A stretch of DNA of 64,000 nucleotides from Stellaceae bacterium. GTDB taxonomy: Bacteria > Pseudomonadota > Alphaproteobacteria > ATCC43930 > CGMCC-115725. Numbering within the stretch: position 1 is the first letter of the stretch; each line of letters begins with the position of its first letter. The position numbers were made by a program, and so were the translations under genes. Below the pieces are notes generated by a model. The model was not told the DNA's origin. It did no database searches and saw only the letters and a list, made by a program, of their open reading frames with translations. Below are positions 59,826-64,000 of the stretch, piece after piece. The stretch is from assembly GCA_035581425.1 (NCBI GenBank), contig DATJVP010000081.1, positions 6-64,005 on the forward strand. The letters are read 5' to 3'.

Positions 59826-60086
59826 TCAGAGCGCCTTGATGCGCGCGGAAAGACGCGACAATTTCCTCGCGACGGTGTTCCGATGCAGCACACCCTTATT
59901 GACGCCGCTCTGAAGTTGCGGTTGCGCCTCGGCAAAGGCGGCACGCGCCGCCTCTTTGTCGCCGCTCGCGATCGCGGTCTCCACCTTCTTGACGACGGTG
60001 CGGATGCGCGAGAGCCGTACGCGGTTGACGAGGGTGCGGCGCTGGGTCTGACGCGCGCGCTTCTCGGCGGATTTGATGTTTGCCAT
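59826..60086 (-). CDS. rpsT: 30S ribosomal protein S20
   Basis: 86 aa. [30 protein letters not shown]... Confidence 0.97.
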   Translation of the reverse strand: MANIKSAEKRARQTQRRTLVNRVRLSRIRTVVKKVETAIASGDKEAARAAFAEAQPQLQSGVNKGVLHRNTVARKLSRLSARIKAL

Positions 60087-60196
60087 TCTCTGCTTGCCTC
60101 GGTGAGCGCGCGAGCGATCGCGCGGAAAGGGGCCTGTCTATAACGAGGCGCCGGGAGCCCGTCAAGGGCGCGGACCTGGCCCGATATGCCCGGATT

Positions 60197-60973
60197 TCAG
60201 CGGTTCTTGAAGCGCGGCTTGCGCTTCTCGACGAAGGCCGCCATGCCCTCCTTCTGGTCCTCGGTCGCGAAGAGCGAGTGGAAGACGCGGCGCTCGAAGC
60301 GCACGCCTTCGGCGAGCGTGGTCTCGTATGCGCGGTTAACCGCCTCTTTCGCCATCAGCACCGCGGGCCGCGACATCTCCGCGATCTTGGTTGCAACCGC
60401 GAGCGCCTCCTCGAGGAGCCGGTCGGCGGGCACGAGGCGCGAGACGAGGCCGCTGCGCTCGGCCTCCGCCGCGTCCATCATCCGGCCCGTCAGCACCATG
60501 TCCATCGCCTTCGCCTTGCCGACGAAGCGCGTGAGCCGCTGGGTTCCGCCGGCACCGGGAATGACCCCCAGGTTGATCTCGGGCTGGCCGAACTTCGCGG
60601 TCTCCGCGGCGATGATCGTGTCGCACATCATCGCGACCTCGCAGCCGCCGCCGAGCGCAAAGCCCGCAACCGCCGCAACGATGGGCTTGCGGCAGGTGGT
60701 GATGCGCTCCCATCCGTCGGTGATGAAGTTCTTGAGATAGACGTCCATGTAGTCGCGGCTCGCCATCTCCTTGATGTCGGCGCCGGCGGCGAAGGCCTTG
60801 GCGCTTCCCGTCAGCACGACGGCGCCGATCGCCTCGTCGGCCTCGAAGGCATCGAGCGCGCGGCCGAGCTCGCGCACGAGCGCGTCGCAGAGCGCGTTGA
60901 GCGCCTGCGGACGGTTCAGCGTGACGAGACCTACTGGCCCGCGCGTCTCAACGAGGATGTTGCTGTACGACAT
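60197..60973 (-). CDS. enoyl-CoA hydratase (crotonase family)
   Basis: 258 aa. [39 protein letters not shown], and [12 protein letters not shown]. Confidence 0.93.
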   Translation of the reverse strand: MSYSNILVETRGPVGLVTLNRPQALNALCDALVRELGRALDAFEADEAIGAVVLTGSAKAFAAGADIKEMASRDYMDVYLKNFITDGWERITTCRKPIVAAVAGFALGGGCEVAMMCDTIIAAETAKFGQPEINLGVIPGAGGTQRLTRFVGKAKAMDMVLTGRMMDAAEAERSGLVSRLVPADRLLEEALAVATKIAEMSRPAVLMAKEAVNRAYETTLAEGVRFERRVFHSLFATEDQKEGMAAFVEKRKPRFKNR

Positions 60974-60993
60974 GACTCAAATCTCCGCGCTAA

Positions 60994-61350
60994 CTATTTC
61001 GGCAGCAAGGTGAAGGTGACCCAGAGGTCGCCGTCGCGTCCGCTGATGTCGAGATGGAGCACCTCGGTCTCGCGCGTCCAAGCGCCCGCCGAGGCGCCGG
61101 GCTTCCAGCCGAGTTGCGGCAATGTTGCGGCATAAAAGGTCTCGACGGCCTTGCGCGTCACCTTACCGCGCGCCGACGCCTCGACGATCCGCCCCTCCGG
61201 CTTGTCGAAGACGATGTCCGTGCCCTTGACCGGCGAGAGCTCCTTCATCAACGGCAGATCCTCCGTCCCCGGCACGAACTCCTCCGCCGATACCGGGAGG
61301 GCACCGAGAAAGAGCATCGCGATCGCCAGGAAGAGAAGCCGGATCATCAC
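60994..61350 (-). CDS. secreted hypothetical protein
   Basis: 118 aa. Signal peptide MMIRLLFLAIAMLFLGALPVSA-EE. No family recognised. Coding status is supported by codon bias and position between conserved genes. Confidence 0.55.
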   Translation of the reverse strand: MMIRLLFLAIAMLFLGALPVSAEEFVPGTEDLPLMKELSPVKGTDIVFDKPEGRIVEASARGKVTRKAVETFYAATLPQLGWKPGASAGAWTRETEVLHLDISGRDGDLWVTFTLLPK

Positions 61351-61445
61351 GGGAGCCTACTGTCGCACGCGCTCGGGTGCAATCTCGGGTCCGCCCGTGC
61401 CACGTTTTCGTTTTCTTGGGGAAGCCGCGTTGCGTCGCTACGTCA

Positions 61446-62273
61446 TCACCGCTGACACTTCGAACAATAGAAGGTCGAGCGGCCGCTTTGGACGATGCGC
61501 TTGATGACGCCGCGGCAGCGGGGACAAGGCTCGCCTTCGTGGTCGTAGACCGCCCAATGATGCTGAAAATAGCCGAGTTCGCCCGTCGCCTGGACGTAGT
61601 CGCGGATCGAGGAGCCGCCGGCGGCGACCGCGCGCCCCAGCACGTCTTTGATCGCCGCGACGAGGCGCTCCGCGCGTTCCGCGTTAACCGTGCGCGCGAG
61701 GCGTTTCGGCGAGAGTTCCGCCTGGAAGAGCGCCTCGCAGACGTAAATGTTGCCAAGCCCTGCAACCACGCGCTGGTCGGAGAGCGCCGCCTTGAGGGGC
61801 GTCCTCTTTCCCCTGAGTGCCGCCGCAAGCACCGCGCCGGTGAAGCCGGGGTCGAGCGGCTCGGGGCCGAGGCCCTTCAGGAGCTTGTGCTTCGGCAGCG
61901 CCTCCGCGCGGACGTAATCAAGGACGCCGAAGCGCCGGACATCGTTGAAGCGGATGCGCGTGCCGTCGTCGAGCGTCATGAGGACGTGATCGTGCCGGTC
62001 GAGCGGCGTTTCGTCCCCGCGCTCCATCAACAAGAGCCGGCCGGACATGCCGAGATGCAGCAGCAGGACACCGCCGTCTCCAAGGCGAATCAAAATGTAT
62101 TTCGCTCGCCGATCGACGGCAGAGATCGCCTGCCCCTGCGCCTTCTGCGGCAGCGTCTTCGGAATCCGCCAGCGGAGGTCACCGCGCTTGAGCTCGACCC
62201 CCGTGAGCCGGTGTCCGACCATGCGGCGAGCGAGGCCGCGCACGACGGTCTCGACTTCGGGAAGCTCGGGCAT
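61446..62273 (-). CDS. mutM: formamidopyrimidine-DNA glycosylase
   Basis: 275 aa. MPELPEVETVVRGL N-terminus and a C-terminal zinc finger (CPRCRGVIKRIVQSGRSTFYCSKCQ). Confidence 0.97.
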   Translation of the reverse strand: MPELPEVETVVRGLARRMVGHRLTGVELKRGDLRWRIPKTLPQKAQGQAISAVDRRAKYILIRLGDGGVLLLHLGMSGRLLLMERGDETPLDRHDHVLMTLDDGTRIRFNDVRRFGVLDYVRAEALPKHKLLKGLGPEPLDPGFTGAVLAAALRGKRTPLKAALSDQRVVAGLGNIYVCEALFQAELSPKRLARTVNAERAERLVAAIKDVLGRAVAAGGSSIRDYVQATGELGYFQHHWAVYDHEGEPCPRCRGVIKRIVQSGRSTFYCSKCQR

Positions 62274-62318
62274 GGGGCGGTGGACCTCCTCGGAAGGGAA
62301 GCGGGCCGCGCCACCATA

Positions 62319-62813
62319 TCAAGGGCGCGCGTCCGAGTAACGCAGGCGATACTCGCGCCAGATCAGCCACATGACCACGAGATCGAAGAGTGTGAGCGCA
62401 ACGAGCCCGAGCGAGTGCGTGTAGCTGAAGCGGTAGAGTTGATAGAGGATGAAGGCGCCGAACACCGCGAGCGCCGCCGGATAGGCCCAGCGCCGGTTGC
62501 GCAGGAGCCCCGCGACCAGGAAGAGCTTAATCACGCCGTGGCTCAGCAGGTAATAAGCCGCGAATTGCTTGCTGCTCACGGAGATGCCTTCGGCGGCGCG
62601 CAGCAGGGTGTTTGCCACGAAATCATCGGGGTCGTTCGCGAGCTTGTCCTGCGTCAGCATCGCGACGGTGCGCAGGATGAACTCCGGGCTCGTGAAAAAG
62701 AGCGCCACGCCGCCGAGGATCTCGAGCGTGGCGTGGAGGCCCTTGAGCCAGATCGTGAGATAGAAGAAGCGGTCCAGCGTCTTGTGGCCGCTCGCTCGGC
62801 TCGAAGTCGGCAT
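62319..62813 (-). CDS. DUF2127 domain membrane protein
   Basis: 164 aa, 4 predicted TM helices. LKGLHATLEILGGVALFF and HGVIKLFLVAGLLRNRRWAYP match the remembered DUF2127 pattern. Confidence 0.7.
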   Translation of the reverse strand: MPTSSRASGHKTLDRFFYLTIWLKGLHATLEILGGVALFFTSPEFILRTVAMLTQDKLANDPDDFVANTLLRAAEGISVSSKQFAAYYLLSHGVIKLFLVAGLLRNRRWAYPAALAVFGAFILYQLYRFSYTHSLGLVALTLFDLVVMWLIWREYRLRYSDARP

Positions 62814-62861
62814 TGGGGAGGGTCAGTGGCGCTCGCTAAGGCGGGGCGCTATGGTGCGACC

Positions 62862-63626
62862 ATGTCGGGTGCCGAATCAATCGGAGAGAGCGGCGGCGAA
62901 GCCGATTTCGGTTTCGAGCGCGTTCCCCAAGGTGAAAAAGCGGGGCTGGTGCGCCGCGTTTTCGAGGCGGTGGCGCCGCGCTACGACCTCATGAACGATC
63001 TCATGAGCGGCGGCATCCATCGTCTCTGGAAGGCGGAAATGGTGCGCTGGCTCCATCCGCGGCGGGGGCAGCTTCTCCTCGACGTCGCCGGCGGTACCGG
63101 CGACATTGCCGAGCGCTTTCTCGCGGTCGAGGGCACTGCGGCGATGGTCTGCGACATCAACGAGGCGATGCTCGCCGCAGGCCGCGACCGGGCGCTCGAC
63201 CGGGGGCGGGTCGGCGGCATCCGCTGGATCGGTGGCGATGCCGAGGCGCTTCCCGTCGCCGACCGCGCAGCCGATGCCGTCAGCATCGCCTTTGGGCTTC
63301 GCAACGTCACCCGCATCGATGAGGCGCTGCGAGAGATGCGCCGCGTGTTGCGCCCCGGCGGCCGCTTTGCCTGTCTGGAGTTCAGCCATGTGAGCGTGCC
63401 CGTGCTGGCACGGCTTTACGACCTCTATTCTTTCGAGGTGCTCCCGCGCCTGGGCGCCGTCGTCACGGGCGACCGTGCGGCCTATCAATATTTGGTCGAG
63501 AGCATCCGTCGCTTTCCGAAGCCCGACGAGCTCGCGGAGCGCATGACCGAGGCGGGCTTCGAGCGCGTCAGCGTGCGCCTTTTCTCCGGGGGGATCGCGG
63601 CGCTGCACACGGGCTGGCGGCTTTGA
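62862..63626 (+). CDS. ubiE: ubiquinone/menaquinone biosynthesis C-methyltransferase UbiE
   Basis: 254 aa from ATG 62862. FERVPQGEKAGLVRRVFEAVAPRYDLMNDLMSGGIHRLWK, the SAM motif LLDVAGGTGD, and FGLRNVT. Confidence 0.95.
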   Translation: MSGAESIGESGGEADFGFERVPQGEKAGLVRRVFEAVAPRYDLMNDLMSGGIHRLWKAEMVRWLHPRRGQLLLDVAGGTGDIAERFLAVEGTAAMVCDINEAMLAAGRDRALDRGRVGGIRWIGGDAEALPVADRAADAVSIAFGLRNVTRIDEALREMRRVLRPGGRFACLEFSHVSVPVLARLYDLYSFEVLPRLGAVVTGDRAAYQYLVESIRRFPKPDELAERMTEAGFERVSVRLFSGGIAALHTGWRL

Positions 63627-63675
63627 GGCGGGTTGGCGTTCATGGCGAAGCCGCGGGAGGGTGAGTTCCTCGCCG

Positions 63676-64000
63676 ATGCTGCGCAGCGCCCGCAACCTCT
63701 TTCGCCTCTGCCAGATCGCGATCACGCTGGCGCGCTACGACGCGCTATTCCCATTGGAGGGTGTGCCGGGCGCGTCGCCGGTGCTCGCCTTCGCAGAGCT
63801 CTTCCGGCGCAATTCACACTCGACCCAAAGGCCTGGCGAGCGCCTCGCCGCTGCATTGCACGAGCTGGGGCCGAGCTTCATCAAGCTGGGTCAAGCGCTC
63901 TCGACCCGCGCCGATCTCGTGGGTGAGGAGATTGCGGCCGATCTCTCGGCGCTCCAGGACCGGCTGCCGCCCTTCCCCGGCAGCGAGGCGCGCGCGATCG
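63676..64000 (+). CDS. ubiB: UbiB (ABC1-family ubiquinone biosynthesis kinase-like protein), N-terminal part only
   Basis: Own translation from ATG 63676: MLRSARNLFRLCQIAITLARYD...LHELGPSFIKLGQALSTRADLVGEEIAADLSALQDRLPPFPG, the typical UbiB N-terminus. It runs off the window, so it is absent from the ORF track. An in-frame GTG at 63661 is also possible. Confidence 0.85.
   Translation, partial: MLRSARNLFRLCQIAITLARYDALFPLEGVPGASPVLAFAELFRRNSHSTQRPGERLAAALHELGPSFIKLGQALSTRADLVGEEIAADLSALQDRLPPFPGSEARAI

Noticed and set aside
63633-63926. 97-aa plus-strand ORF (MAFMAKPREGEF...) listed in the ORF track after ubiE.
   Set aside because: A different frame across the same DNA encodes a textbook UbiB N-terminus (LGPSFIKLGQALSTRADLVGEEIAADLSALQDRLPPF) that continues off the window. 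The listed ORF is the out-of-frame shadow.

Overview
High-GC, gene-dense chromosomal segment of alphaproteobacterial type. About 55 protein-coding genes are supported. I recognised no rRNA, tRNA, CRISPR array, transposase or integrase. Most of the window is conserved housekeeping: glnD, mutS, maeB, phoR-pstSCAB-phoU-phoB, a Pat-type acetyltransferase, a class A PBP, msrB, gyrB-recF-dnaN, dnaA-rpsT, an enoyl-CoA hydratase, mutM and ubiE-ubiB. Several accessory blocks sit between these genes:

- A 9.5 kb block between glnD and mutS: nucleoside deoxyribosyltransferase, MFS transporter, GST, PadR/DUF2218, a GntR-linked sugar-type ABC importer with no ATPase gene, and an AMP-ligase.
- A copper block between mutS and maeB: a CopD-cytochrome c-thioredoxin-like fusion, CopC, a porin-like protein and a His-rich DUF2946-like protein.
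- A signalling block between dnaA and dnaN: DUF1272, a LuxR-type response regulator, a 2133-aa multi-PAS hybrid histidine kinase, ctrA and a CheY-like response regulator.
- Two small operons of uncharacterised membrane proteins.

The best candidate for an undescribed system is the tightly coupled three-gene operon at 36744..38413 on the minus strand. It encodes a short MotA/ExbB/TolQ-like channel protein, a protein with an ExbD/TolR-like Asp-bearing transmembrane anchor and a non-canonical periplasmic domain, and a 2-TM protein with a Pro-rich tail. No TonB, TolA, Pal, flagellar or peptidoglycan-binding partner is nearby.

All functional calls come from my own reading of the translated ORFs and remembered family signatures. 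No database search was run.
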